The notes below the pieces were generated by a model, which was not told the origin of the DNA, did no database searches, and saw only the letters and a list, made by a program, of their open reading frames with translations. Shown here one piece after another: positions 24,938-39,197 of a stretch of DNA of 64,000 bases (position 1 is the first letter of the stretch; each line of letters starts with the position of its first letter). The DNA lies in assembly GCF_009914755.1 (NCBI RefSeq), contig NC_060932.1; one strand, 5' to 3'. Made by a program: the position numbers and the translations under genes. The stretch is from the human T2T-CHM13v2.0 reference genome, Homo sapiens.

Positions 24938-27900
24938 GCTGTGTTCCTTTTATCTAGCACAGTTGGGTATGTCAGTCCAAGAAAAGCAACTTGAGGCATT
25001 TTATTTGGGGGTGAGGGAGTTTCCCCTAAGACCAAGGCTGATATGCTCCAGTGAGAGGGGAGCAGGATGTGGGTGGATGCTGTGGATGCTACAGGCAGCA
25101 GGGGCCTCCCCGAAAGCAGTGGGACAGTGACGCTTGGCCCAAGCTTGTGGAACGAGCTTTGATGTGGGAGATAAAGGTGGGGGACGTTCCAGATGGAGGT
25201 GGCCACAGGACTGTGGAAACAGAGAGGCCAAGCATGGTCTCAGATGGTGAAGAGGGAATAGTCAGGGGCGCAGGTTAGAGAGTGCATGGATGTGTGCAGG
25301 GCCCCACTGCTGAGGACCTTGGGACCTCCGGACCCCAGGACAGCCCTGTCCTTGGGCAGAGGTATAGACGCAGCCCTGGGATCAGCTGGGGTCTGACTGA
25401 GGTCTGCACTCCGGGAGCTGCACCACTGCCTTTTCCCCTGGGCTTGGGTCCTCACCTGGGGAACTCAGCTCTGCCTGGGAATTCCTTCCATGGGGACTTT
25501 GCCTTGTTCTTAAAGATGCAATCTCCTCCCTCTCCCCAGTACAACTTTCCTTCAGTCATTGCACTCTTAATATCTATACCACAAAGGCTTTTGTGTGCAG
25601 AGTCACTTTTAATCCTGACAACATCCCTGCAAGTTTGTCTTGGATGAAGAGACAGGTTCAGAAGAGACTCCTCCAAGGACATTCGGCAGGTGGATGCCAA
25701 AGGCAGGATTTGAACCAAACCCCACTTCCTCCAAGCAGGGGCTCCCTTTTCCACACAGCCTGCCCTAACCCTATGGGCCAAGAGTCCTCTGGCCTGCACC
25801 CCCTGGGCTGGGCTTCACCCCCGTCATCTCTCCTCGAAGCCCCATGGCCCCTGGCTGCTCTGGCGGAGCCTCGCTGGGCTGCACTCTGGGCCCTGCCCTC
25901 AGTCTGCAGGACAGAACCTCCCAGACTCTTCTAGGTTGTGTCTCAACCCCACCCCAGGACCCGACCTGACACCCTCCACCGGCCTGTCTTTTCTAAGGAA
26001 CAGGGATTCTGCGGTTTTCCAACTGTGGGCAGTCTTGGAAAAGTGTCGAGTGTTTTTGCTCGTCCCAGGGATGGGGGACGCCGGTGCTGTTTTACCTGCA
26101 GGGGTCAGAATACCAAACATCCTGCAGTACATGGGCCTGTCCCACATGAGGAAAAATAGCCTTGCTCCCAATGCCCCAGTGACTGCTCCACTCTACAGCT
26201 GAAGAGACTGAAGTTCAGGGTCACGGTGCCTGGCCCAGAGCCCACAGCCAGGAGGGGTTGAGCATTCCCCTCCTGATTCCTCAGCCTTCCCACTGCATCC
26301 CAGAAGGAGCAAGACTGCCCCAACACTCCAGCCTGGCTCAGCACCACCCTGTCTCCAGGCAAAGCAACGGACTGGGTGACTTCCCAAAGCTCCACCAACC
26401 ACAACAATTCCAAGAAAGGGCAAAGCCAGAGACAGGCACCCGCGGGGTTAAGCAGTGGAAAAGTGGGAAGGGCGAGAGCTGGAAAGTGACTCATCTCCCT
26501 GGAAAAGGCTGGGCCCCGCATTCTATTTGCCCCAACACCGTGAGATTGTAGTTGGCTTGTGAGAGACAGGCCCCGGCAGGACAGGCAGCTTCCCAAAGTG
26601 TTGGGGACCCAGAGGTACAGAGAATGCTTTACAGCTCTTCTGTTCTGCCATCGAGTAGCAATGGGTCTTTTCTCATTTTTGACCTCAGCTTCCAAGTACA
26701 CCTGAGCTCCCCAAATGCACATCAGAATTAAACCTGCAAAAAGTTCTGAATTCAAGAGATGAAGGTGAGGAAAGAAAACTATAGGATAAGATGAGTCCAT
26801 TCCCTCCTGGGTCAAGAACTCTTCACCCCTACTATGAAGCTAGATGGTGCCCACTGCATCCTGGTCTGAGCAGCTGTTCTGGGTCAGGCCATGTGGCAGC
26901 AGCTGAGGCCGCACAGTTGAAAGCACTGCCCCTTCCTGTCCCCACTTCAGTGCACACCTGCCGTGTGCACCACCTCTTACTCCCCAGGGGTTCGTTGGTC
27001 ACAGGTACTGCCCTCCTGATGGATAAGTGACAGAATAGAATAGCAGTCCTACTCCATGCACCCAGGGGTCACAGTGACAGCACCGAACCCAGAGGGTGGC
27101 TGAGGAAATGGAGAGATGCAGAGAAGTGGCCTGGACAGCAAGTGCCATGTGAGGTCCTGGGCCGGGGACAGTAGCACTGAGAGGCTTCTCCCGGAGGTAG
27201 GGCTTGGACTAGGATGGCTAGTGGTCACGAGCTGGGGCTAGGGGGCTGAGGGGACCTTAGGATGCGGTGAGTCCAATCACGAGAAACCACAGACAGGTTA
27301 CACAGCATGCACATGTGTGCATGTGTGCACACGTGCATATGTGTTTATGTGCATGCATTGGGGGGACGGAATGGTCTCTGGGTAGTTGGCGTGGGGCAGA
27401 GAGGGAGCTGAGAGTGACAGAAATGCTGCCCAGTTGAGGAGGGGACTCTGATGTCCCCCAGGCCGGAGACCTGAGAGGCGCACATTTGGAAGGTGTGAGT
27501 GTGTTGGTAGAGTGGCCGACACTGGGAGGAGGAAGCGTGGGACCTCCTCAGGGTCTATCAGAAAAATAACGTGGAGCTTTGGCCAATGAGGGGCAGGCCC
27601 GCGAGGTCCTGCCTGTGGCCTTGTGAAGATGGGGCTTCAGCCAGCCCAGCCACCAGCTCAAGGCCTGTCCCTGGGTTGAAGGCCACGCAGCCACCAGGTC
27701 CCCCAAACACAGACCCAGAAAGGAGTGGCTGAGAGTCGGAGAGAGGTGAGGGTCACTATCGGTCGGGCTTGTTTCTTGTAGGGGACGTGGCTGTGTGTGG
27801 CAGAGAGAGCCCAGGACTATCAGGATGCCTGGGTTCCTGAGGGAGGGCATTCAGGCCAGCATGAGGAGTCTGGCCTTCTCTCTTCCAGATGTTTCTGCCT

Positions 27901-28781
27901 GAGGCCACACACTTCTCCAGCCAGAATGGCCTTCCTTACTACGCCTGGCTTCTCATGCCAGCTCTGTCCCCAACCAGCATGGTGACCCAGGGTGCCTATG
28001 TCTCTGGAGGACTCAGACGCCCCTTCTCCGCTCTGGGAGCCAAGGATTCGAGAGGCCCATGCTGTGGTTAGCAGCCACAGCACCAGTGCCAAGACGAGAA
28101 AGGAGGACTTCTCACCATACCCAGAAACCCTCGGTGTCTAGGGCTGTGACAGTCAGCCACTGAAGCCCCGTCGCTGTTTCCCAATTCTCATGCCATAGAA
28201 GCACAGGACTTTGCCACCAGGAGGGCCACACGCCTGCTGCGTCTTAGCTCTGCCATGCTGTCTCTCCGTGTCACTGCAGCTTGTGTAGTGCAGCGCTCTC
28301 ATTCGAGAGAGAACAGCATAGAGGCCCAGAGAGGTTGTGTCCCTGCCTAAGGTCACACAGCAAGTCAGTGCCAAGCTAGGCGTAGGAACCGGGTTCTCTG
28401 ATTTGCAGGCTCCATGGGCCTGAGAGAGTAAGCATCAGATCGCCACCTTCCTGCACAGGGGTGGGCACAGGGCCGGGGTGGGGAGGGCAGCGTTCTGGCC
28501 TAATTAAGACGCTGTCGAAGAGCGGGAATGTGAGAGGCCCTGCTCGGAGATTAGTGCCCCTCCATAGATCATAGGCACGGCAAGGACATAATAAATAATC
28601 TGCCCAAAGGTTTTAAAGGTAAAAATCAGCAAACCATTAATAACGTCCCCAGCACCATACATCACGCTGAAATCTTCCCATTACGCCGCTCCCTGAGCCG
28701 ATGTGTGTTTTCTTTGCTGTCTTTTTTTTGGGGGGAGGGGTGCGGGGCAATTACAGTTGATTTTATTCTTTTTAAAAAACA

Positions 28782-28975
28782 TTTTGCTTTAAGTTTTGGG
28801 AAATGTGCAGAACGTGCCGGTTTGTTGCGTAAGTACACATGTGCCATGGTGGTTTGCTGCACCTGTCAACCGAGGTTTTAAGCCCCACATGCATTAGGCA
28901 TTTGTCCTAATGCTCTCCCTCCCCTTGCTCCCAACTCCCCAACAGGCCCCGGTGTGTGATGTTCCCTCCCTGTGC
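28782..28975 (-). mobile_element. Truncated older L1PA 3' end
   Basis: tttaagttttgggaaatgtgcagaacgtg...gttttaagccccacatgcattagg...gatgttccctccctgtg. Confidence 0.8.
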
Positions 28976-30185
28976 CTTTTTTCCCTCCCCTTTCTAGTGT
29001 GTTCCTCCGGAGCCTTGAAGCCCCTTCCACGCAGCCTGCTGAGCCCAAACGAGGATGCAAAGCCTTTCAGGGTTTACACCCGGTTTACACTCAGGCGTGG
29101 TGGCAGCCAGGGGATGAGATGGGAGCTGCCCACTCCCTCTCTCAGCACTCTAGGCTCTGCTTCCACATGTCCTTCCAGGAAACAGGATGGAGTCTCAACC
29201 ACCCCCTGCATCCCAGCTCTAAGCAGGCACAGCTCTGCTGCTTCTCAGAAACAGAAGACGTTTAATTAATTAATGCAACAGGGCCCCGTTAAATAACAGA
29301 AGTGCTGATGGTGCGTTTTCCATCCCTGGCTTGCCTTCCCTCAGTCGGGAGCCCCAAGGCAGGAGCCCCGAGGCAGCCAGCAGGCACTGGGGTCCTAGTT
29401 CCCCACATTTGGGGGTCTGGATGCATTTATTTAGCATTTGCGGGTGAGCTGTGGTGTGCAGCAAATCAAGAGCTGGGGAAGGAGTGAGGAAGATCAAGGA
29501 GAGAGCAGCTAGAACAGTGGCCCAGGCTGGGCCAGTCCCATCCTGGCAGGTAGCGCTATGAGCGGGTGACTTGCCCTGGGGTGCAGGGAGGCACGGGGTT
29601 GTGGCAGCGCAGGAGCAGAACCAGGGGCTGTGCCGGGGTGTCCTCTCCAGCACAGGGGGTGAGACCTTGACCGAGCCACACCCTTTTGACCTGAACCTCC
29701 TCAGCGGCACAGCAGGTGACTTATTCGACGATTCTGTGAAGTTCTTTGCGGGTCCCAGGCCTCGCTCCTTCATTAATTCCTTGAAGGAGACGTGGATTGA
29801 GAAGCTCCTAACACTGCCGCGGTGAAAGTGGTCTCTGGAACGAAGAATCGAGACTGAAGACAGAAGAATTCCATACTCACCAGTTGTTGGCTTCTGGGAA
29901 GACCCCCTAGGGGACCGTTACAGGGGGACCCTCCTGGCCACTTGGAGAGGCGTGTTCTGGTGTCAGCTCTTTGGTAATAAGCTGGATGACCTTGAACGCT
30001 GAGCCAGCTCCTTCACTCTTCTGGGCCTGTTTCCTCACCTACGACATTGCTAAAGTCCTTTTCCACTCTGAAACACGGGGCTGAGTCACCCCTAAATTTC
30101 CATGACACTCCCTGGAGTAGAACCAAAGCCATGTGCTGGACTCGAGTAGTTCTGGTTTAGAGCCTGGGGTCCACCAGACTCAGCC

Positions 30186-30483
30186 TTTTTTTTCTTTTTG
30201 TTTTTTGAGACAGAGTCTCACTCTGTCACCCAGACGAGTTCAGTGGCACGTTTACAGCTCAGTGCAGCCTTTACCTCCCAGGCTCAGGTGATCCTCCCAC
30301 TTTAGCCTCCCAAGTACCTGGGACTACAGGTGTGCACCAGCACTCCTGGCTAATTATTTTGCTTTTTTTGGTAGAGATGCAGTCTCGCCATGTTGCTCAG
30401 GGTGGTCTTGAACCTCTGGGCTCAGGCCCTCCTCGGCCTCCCAAAGTTCTGGGATTACAGGTATGAGCCACTGGCACCCAGCC
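30186..30483 (-). mobile_element. Alu (AluJ-like)
   Basis: Reverse Alu body with J-type ggctcaggtgatcctcccac. Confidence 0.85.
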
Positions 30484-33400
30484 CCTGCCTCAGGCTTTTT
30501 CAACCATGGCTAAGACATGAACTTCTCCACGGCTCAGGGTTCCATTGCCCTCCCCTCCCCAGCCCCACAGAGATAGATCAGAGGAACGCAGCAGACGACA
30601 CCTCACGGGTGAGTTGCCCTGTACATTTTACAAAGCCCACCTGGGTTTCCTCTGTCCCTCAGCATGACCCATGAAGAGTCAAGGCCAGGCTTGCTAGACC
30701 CACCCATCTGGACAGATGAGAAAACTGATGCAGAAAGATCAGCGGGAGACTTGGAGAGCTCCTCCAAGGGAAGGGTCTCTTGTGGGGAGAATCTGGAGAC
30801 CGGCAGAGCATGAGTCAGCAGAGACGGGGGTGTGGGCTTCTCTCTCCCCTGGCAGGCATCCCTGAAAGCCCACATCCTCCGGAGGCTGGTGGAACTTCCA
30901 GAACCAGATCATCCAGCCAGCCATTGTCCTGCCTCGATCTAGCCCGGGGTCCCCAGTAGCACATCTGTAGGTCCTAAAGGTGCAGCGTGTGGACCCCATC
31001 ACGCCTTCTTCCGTGCCTGCAGTTTGCCCCTCTGCCACTCTCTGCTCATGAAGAGCATGACTCAGGGCAAGTTCCCGATGTCTCTGCACCTCAGTTTACA
31101 CGTTCGCCTCCCACATACCTTGGTGGTTGTGGGAATTCAGGTGGTACAGACACATCATCGTGAATGTTTAATAAGTTAGTTATTGTGACAGGCTGACATT
31201 GGCTTCAACGGTTTTGAATGCTGCTGCTGCTCAGCCAGGAGCAAGAAAGCACATTCACACTGGGGTGGGGGTGGAGTAAATGGGGAAAGGCTCCTTGAAG
31301 AAAGAGGAGACCTGGGGTGGGGGAGATCCCAGGGCAGGGAAAAGAAGTGTCCACCGTGCAGAGGCCTGGAAGACGGCCAGGGTCCAGCCTGGCCAGAGCT
31401 CAGGCGTCGGGGGAGAGGGAGGCATTTTGGCTTATGCCTGGCTCCTGGAAGCCAGGCCTCACTCCCTGCCCAGACACTAATTCTGATGATGTAAACCACT
31501 TTGCCACCCTGCTGTCCTGAGATTCTCTGGCTTCACCACCTCCCCCCTGCCACCCTACTCCCTGTCACTGTGACAGGCCCTCGGTCCCTCTCAGGCCCTG
31601 ATGGATGGCCCCCATGCTGGGTGTCATACATCTCCGTCTTCCCTAGAAGCTGTGACACAAGTAATTGGTGTCACCACTGTTGATTGCAAGCCAAGTGCTG
31701 ACAAAACAGACCACAATAGGAGCTCTGGAGCAACAGCCTTGATTGTGTTGGGGAGGGCCCTGCTGGGGACCCAGTCCAGTGTGGTTCCCCTGCGTATGTG
31801 AGGGAGAGGCAGTGGCCCGTTGGACCACGGCAGCAAATGCAAAGGTCTCCTGGTCCCCACCCGGAGAAGGTGCTAGAATCCCTCTGAACTGCACAGCTCC
31901 ATGCTGGGGACCCACCATTGGCCCCAGGGCAGCACCTGGCGTAGAACATGCACCTGCCCAACCTGGGCAGTGGCGTGTGGGCCCCCTAGGGGTGGAGTCG
32001 GAGGCCTCAAGAGCTGCCCTCCCTGGCTCCTACCAGCTGAGCCTGCTGTTCCCCGTCACAGCTGATGCTTTGAGGTGACTGCAGGTGTCCGCCAGGGGAG
32101 GTGCTGGGGGCTGGGCTCGGCGGGTGACCCACCACATGACAAGGTGCACTCTCATCAGGCCAGGTCTTGGCCTCCTGCTGTCCAGGGTGGAGAGGGGCTG
32201 GATGGCCTCTCAGATGTCTTGCCTTTCACAAGAGGGCGGCAGCCCCACCCAGAGCACAGGGCTCAGCAGGGAGGTCAGCAAGGAACCAGGAGCATGCACG
32301 GCCAGAGGAACGGCTCCAGCTCTGACTACCTGACACCTAGCCAGGGCCCACTGAGGAATGGGCAGGCTGAGGACTGCGGGGGCCTCTCTATACGCAGGCA
32401 GTCTGCCCCTACCTGAAGCCACACAGCAGAGGGCTGGACACGTGGATGGTAGACAGTGGCCTCTGTCTCTGTTCCTGACCGGCCGTCCCTGTGCTGCCCC
32501 TGCCTATCATTGAGAGAATCTCCCAGAGACAGCCCTGGGAGGGGCAGGCTGTGGTCACAGTGAGACCCCGGGGTAGGAGTCCATGGATTTACACCACGTC
32601 CTCTGCAGGAAGACCTTGCCTGAGAAGTTCCTTTGGTTTTAGTATCAGAAAAGAACACCTGGGCTTCCTCCTCCACGTGACGGGCCGTGGTGTTTCTTTC
32701 TTGCTATGTTAGCGGCTGACCTGGCCATACTGGCTTCATGGTGTGACCTTCGTGGATTTGGCCTCACTCCTGGCTCCATTTTACCTTTCTTCCGTGTTTC
32801 TTTTCCCCTCAATTTTGTTCCTTATTAATGTATTTTATCCCGTTATACTGTTTGCATCTTATAGGTTGCTCTAAGGCCTTTTCAGTATAAGGTGGAGCTG
32901 GGGAGTGAACCCACAGACGTGGTCTCAACCCCAGCCCTGTGAATGCTGCAGAGGAAAGGGGCTTAGCCTTCGCTCCCTGGGCACCCCCGGTGAGGATTCC
33001 CGTTCCGGCTGGGAGGGTGGGATTATAGATGCCACTCACAGGCAGAGGCAGCTGCTCTTGGGGACCATTTCAGCAGCTCCCACAAGGCACGTGGCCATCT
33101 CCACAATATGGTCCGATGTTGGGCCAAGCCTCGAGGTATTTTGTTTCCCTGCTGCCCCAGTGGCCAGCCTACCTGAGTGACGGGCAGGCCCACCTGGGTG
33201 TCCTGTGCTGGACACAGATGCACTCACGGGCTCGGGGTGAGAAGGCCTCCTGCTGGGTGTTGGAGGGACAGGAGAGCGACAGAGTGAGAGGTTCCTGGAT
33301 CCCCTGCGATCAGAACTGTGGCCATCCTGGGAGCCGCTCGATTCTCACTCTGACAGGTGACCTGCCCTCCTGCACATGGAGGGCAGGAAGGACCCATCTC

Positions 33401-34278
33401 AGGGGCAGGAGTCCCTGTCTCCACCTGCCCAACCCACAGGGATGTGTGGCTGCCTCCCTGGGGAGTGGAGCCTGTGGCGTCCCCCAAGTGCCCGCCGCAG
33501 CGCAGTCTCCAGCCTGGCCCCTGGGACCCGCGAGTCCTTCCTCGCTCCCGCTGGCCTGGGAGAGTCCTGCCGCCGGCTCATTGTCCTGCTTCTGCCACTT
33601 TTCCTCTGCAGCATTGTTCCCGTTATCAGCATCCTACACCCTGCAGCGGCTGTACAGGAAAGCCAGGCTGCCGCTGAGGCTGCCGCTGGGGCTGTCGCCG
33701 AGGCTGCACGGACGGCCCAGGTGTCCTGCTGGCAGGGGCAGAGGCACAGGCGGTCTCACAGGCCTTTCCCCGAGTCCCGGCCGTCTGGTGTGCTGGGCAG
33801 AGGGGTACCGAACACATGTCTGTGCTCTCTGTGTGGAATCCTGGTCTCGGTGCTCAGGGTGGGGGAAAGGAGACTCCAGCCCAGGCACCCACTTTGCCGC
33901 TATGATGTTGGGAGGCGTATGCTGTGCCCCCAAGTGTGTCTGTTGAGTTGAGGCCCTGCACAGGTTGGAATCTCTGTGCCTCAGTTTCCCTCTCTGTTAA
34001 GCACAGGCCTATTGCTTTATTGAAAGGACCAAAGAAAGTCGAGGAAATGCGAGTCTTTGTGGACTGTCCATCAGACAAGAAGAGGTTAGGGTGGCTCGGT
34101 TCGAGTGGTCTGTAGCATCCACTATTCCTTGCCCTTTCTGAAGTGAGGGGTTTAGATTGGAGCGGGCCTGGTATGGAAGCTCCTCCAAGGAGTTTTGGGG
34201 AGAAGGGGCTGGTGTAAGGGAGAAGGAACCCCACTTTTGGTCTGTGCTGGACTAGAATATTCTAGGAACCTCACTAAG

Positions 34279-34467
34279 AGAGTGGTAATGACTTAGCAGA
34301 TAAAAAATACAAGACACCTAGTTAAATTTGAATTTCCAGATAAACAAAGACCACTTTTAAAAATATATGCACATTCTGCGCAATATTTGGCGCAGGCTTA
34401 CTAACAAATTGTTCTTTATCTGGAATTCAAATTTAATTGGGAGTTCTGTATTTTCTTGGGTAACCCT
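34279..34467. mobile_element. MER53 palindromic MITE (hAT-type DNA transposon)
   Basis: Inverted arms agttaaatttgaatttccagataaac / tttatctggaattcaaatttaatt, ending ggtaaccct. Matches the recalled MER53 consensus. Confidence 0.75.
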
Positions 34468-35392
34468 ATTCTAAGACCCCCGTGTAGGGTCTGGAATGCT
34501 GCAGGGAGGTCTTTGGGATGTTCTGGCCGAAGGAGGTGGGCGGGGGGTCTGTTCCTCCCTGGAGTTTCTCCCCAGCATCCTTCCCTGAGCTTTTTAGGGG
34601 AGACCTGAGGGCCAGGCTGGCTCTCCAGGGCTCAGGGGATGATCCGAGTCTGACGCCCCCGGCGCAGCCTGGCTCAGACGTTCGGGCCCAGGAACCTCTG
34701 CTGTCGTCTTAGATGGGGCCACTTTGTCAGGGGGCGTGGGTGCAGTAGGGAAAGCCGCCTGGTGGCCCCGCTGGTCCGGGACAGATCCTTGGAGCCTTCT
34801 CCAGCTCTGTCCCTGCAGGCGGCTGTGTGTCGCCCTCTGCTGGCAAGTGCGGATACGACAGGGCTTTGTGCGCCCAGGATAATCTGGATGGCAGCTTTTC
34901 TGGGAAGAAAAATTCACCCTCATGAATCTTGGTTACTGAAAAAACCCATTTCTTTCCCTCTAGCCAAGCAGGAACTCGGAGATATCAAAATATAAAACCC
35001 TTTCATTTTGTGTTGCAGAAGGAGGAAACTCAGAATCTTCTAGAAACAAAAACGTACCCAACAGGCTGGGAAGTAAGGCCTCCCAGCCATTAGAAGGATG
35101 GAAGCACCGGGCAGGGATGGCCACACTGAGGGAACCTTCTGGCTCCTGGCGACCCAGTTTGGCAGGGCAGGACGCCCTCTCCCGAGACCTTCAAGTGACC
35201 AGCGATCTCAGGACGAAGCTCCTCACACCCTGCCCGGCAGGCCCGACGGCACCATCCCTGCAAAGAAGTCGGGGGGTGAGCGTGGCGTGCGAGGAGAGGG
35301 GCCGGCGACACCAGCCAGAGAACACGTTCCCCTCTTGCGCTGAACGCCAGAATGGGAGACACTTCACCATCAAGACAGCCACAATCTGGATT

Positions 35393-35700
<308 letters not shown>

Positions 35701-35914
35701 ACAGCAGCAATCTGAATGGGAAAATGGGCCAGTTGTCAGCATGAGCCGTGCAACTGAAAGGATGGGCTACACACATAGGGCAGACCCAGGGTTTGTGGCG
35801 GCCAACAACCTCGACACTGGCAGAAGCAGAGTCCAAGACAGTGAATGCATAATTAGGCTCAGAAGTTCATATTGACTGGGCATGAGGAAGTTAATCACAA
35901 CAAATAACAGATTT

Positions 35915-36307
35915 TAAAATAGGCTTTATATTTTAGAGCAGTTTTAGGTTCACAGTAAAATTGAGCAGAAGGTCCTGAGAATCTCCATATATGCCCCGAC
36001 CCACACACACAGCCTCCCCCACTATCATCACCATCCCCCCACCCCAGAGTGGTGCATTTGTTACAATCGATGAACCTACATTGACACGTCATCATCACCC
36101 AGAGTCCATATGTTATATTAGGGTTCATCCTTGGTGTTGAACATTCTGTGAATTTTGGCAAATGTGTAATAACCTGTACCCACCATTACATTATCATACA
36201 GAGGAGTTTCACCGCCGTAAAAATCCTCTGTGCTCAGCGTGTTCATCCCTGCCTCCCCACAACCCCGGGCAACCACTGAGCTTTATACTGTCTCTATAGT
36301 TTTGCCC
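35915..36307 (-). mobile_element. L1MC1-like 3' end
   Basis: ttttagagcagttttaggttcacagtaaaattgagcagaagg...gatgaacctacattgacac...atcacccagagtccata. Confidence 0.75.
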
Positions 36308-36573
36308 AAATAGTGCACTTTTCAAAAGCTAAAAATCTCCACAAATATCACAAAACCAGAAAAATGATCCTTACAAGCTTCTGGGTCTGTACATTTCAAA
36401 TCTTCTTTCTCTTCCACTGGATACGCACGGAAGCCCTAAGACATGTTCCCGCAGAGGTCCCGTGACCAGCCTTGTATCTTCACCTTGTGGCACTGGTGGG
36501 TCCCCAGAGAGTGCCTGCAGGCCATGTCTACACCAGGACAGTTATCGACGCTTACATTCTACGGAAATGACTG

Positions 36574-36672
36574 AGATAGATTAGATAGCTAGAGAGATGG
36601 TTAGATCGATAGATAGGTGGATTGATGATGGATACATGAATAGATAGATGGATGGATGGATGGATGGATGGT
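36574..36672. repeat. (GATA)n/(GGAT)n compound microsatellite
   Basis: gatagattagatag...gatggatggatggatgg. Confidence 0.85.
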
Positions 36673-38849
36673 CAGATTAGATCCCATTAAAGCTGCCTAA
36701 ATAAGTCTTCAACTCAACATCCCCTTAGCCAGATTTCAAAAATGTCCTTGGCCACTCCAATGCCACCCAATAGGACAAGTACAACGGAAGGAAAGTCAGA
36801 GGGAAAACAAACAACAGTCTTCACCAATTTGTGATGAAATTTACTTTTGCAAATTTCATGAACAAATGGCTGTGGGAACACGTTGCGAGAGTGCTTTGAG
36901 GCTTCACCTCTGCTAGCTTTACCCACAAAGCTCCCACACTATACCTTACACTAAGGCCAAACCTCAACACAAATAATGTTAACATTAGCCACAAAAAAAA
37001 TGGCTAATATTGAAAGAATTATCAGTATTTCAAGTGTTTTAGGGACATTTTTCCTAGAAGCATAGCCTGGTAAGAGTGACTCTGATTTTTGCATGTGTTT
37101 ATAGAAACCAGGCTTCCTACTTGTAAGCCCAATAAAAAATCAAATGCTCTTTATTCACCATTTACAAGATCAAGCTTTATCCTGAACTCTCAGACAATGT
37201 TACATTGAATCTTCCAATGTTTAAATTAGGCCCAATTTGTCCTGTTCCAACCCTACCCTGTCCTCCACCCTAGAGACATTAACATGGTAGCGAATGCCCG
37301 GTAAACAAGAATAATAGAGGGAAGGCATTTTGGGGAAGTAATCTGATCTGCTGCAATGTGAACCTGAGGTTCAAAGTCAGTGGAACAGAACGGGAGGAAA
37401 TGGAACACAATGGGTGCAGGTTGGTTGAAGGGTTTCTCGATAGGGAGGATCTGCTGTACCCACACTGAGTTCCTGAATAAGGCAGGAGAGGTCTTTGTGA
37501 ACGTACAGCCTTCTCATCTATTGGGCTGGGTGGACTTGGTTTGGGAGAGAATGGGCAGCTGGTCAGATGACCACTCTTAAGATGTCAGAATGCTAACTTT
37601 CTCTTGGCCTAGGTTCATGCCTGGATTTTAAGTAAACAATGCCCTCTACTGCTAAACAGCTAGCATGACAGCTGGGAGGGCTGCACAGCTTTCCCATGGG
37701 AGCTCTGTCTGCAGGGAACCCTCCAAAGCAAGTGGAGCAAGGTGCACATGAGAGTCTGATCCTTAAGACACGGACCACCTTCAGCAAAAGCAGAGATTTC
37801 CATCTCAGCAACGTATTTAGTGTGAAGCATCGGGGTGAGGTTTGACTACATGGCTCTTAGAACTGTGTCAGCACTAGGATACAGGACTATCTAGATTTGG
37901 TTGGATAATTTAAAAAGCAAAGCAAAACACTTTTTCTGCCTGTTTAGATCCAATGGATTGGCTGGCATATATATCTCCCCAGGTCAGGTCTTTGCAAACA
38001 GAATGGGAGGCTTTGTCAATTCGGAGCTTATTCTAAGAAACAAGATTCAAGCACACCTATCTCTCCAGGACCTCCAATTTTACCTAATTTAAGAGAGGTG
38101 AAGGCATGGACATCTGTGCTTTATGTAACTTGAATGTTTCCCTGGGAAACCTGAATATTCTTTGAAAGACGCTTGGAGCTACAATGTACATGGTAATTTA
38201 AAATAACCCGGGCTCAGTCATTGGTGACAAAGGCCCTGTGTCCATGTTCTCTGGCTTCCTTGGTTCCCTGGGTGGCAGAGCTGTCACTCCCTTCTTAGCT
38301 GGGCTTTTCAGATGAATGCTACCTCTCTCTTTGACCCCTCCCTGTAGGCTGAGGGAGGAGGCCAGCCTCCTTTGACCTCAAGGACTTTGCTTGACTTGCT
38401 CAACCTCACTCTTCCGTCCTGCAAAATGGATTGAACTAGATGATGGCTGTAGTATCTTCCAGCTCCTTCTGAGAACCAACAGTCCCACTTCTGTCACCAC
38501 CAGGCTTCCACTGGGCTCCTTCTGGGTAGACCAGTCACCTCACTGTGAAGGGGAGAAAGGGTCCTAGTAGTGGACGTCTAATGCCAGGTGGCCTCTGCAA
38601 CCTGGGACCCTACTTCTCTCTGTACAATCTGTGTGTTAACATCCGAGTAGAGTAGCTCTCTCCTCCTCCCCATATGAGAATGAATGGTGTTAAGGAATGG
38701 CCTTCATGCTCTGTGGAAGGCAGGCACATCTCACACCTCCACTTAATCACTGTGGATGAGTTGACAAGTTGTTCCAGTGGCTTAAATGGTTACATCAGGC
38801 AAAAATGCCAAAACTCACCTGGGTTTACATTTTCAAGTCTTAAAAGTAG

Positions 38850-39197
<348 letters not shown>

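Noticed and set aside
33029-33951. Overlapping 305-aa and 191-aa ORFs as a novel gene
   Set aside because: GC-rich, low-complexity translations with no recognisable family and no convincing exon structure
36832-36860. Short inverted repeat atgaaattt...aaatttcat
   Set aside because: 9-bp arms in AT-rich sequence are compatible with chance or a decayed DNA transposon
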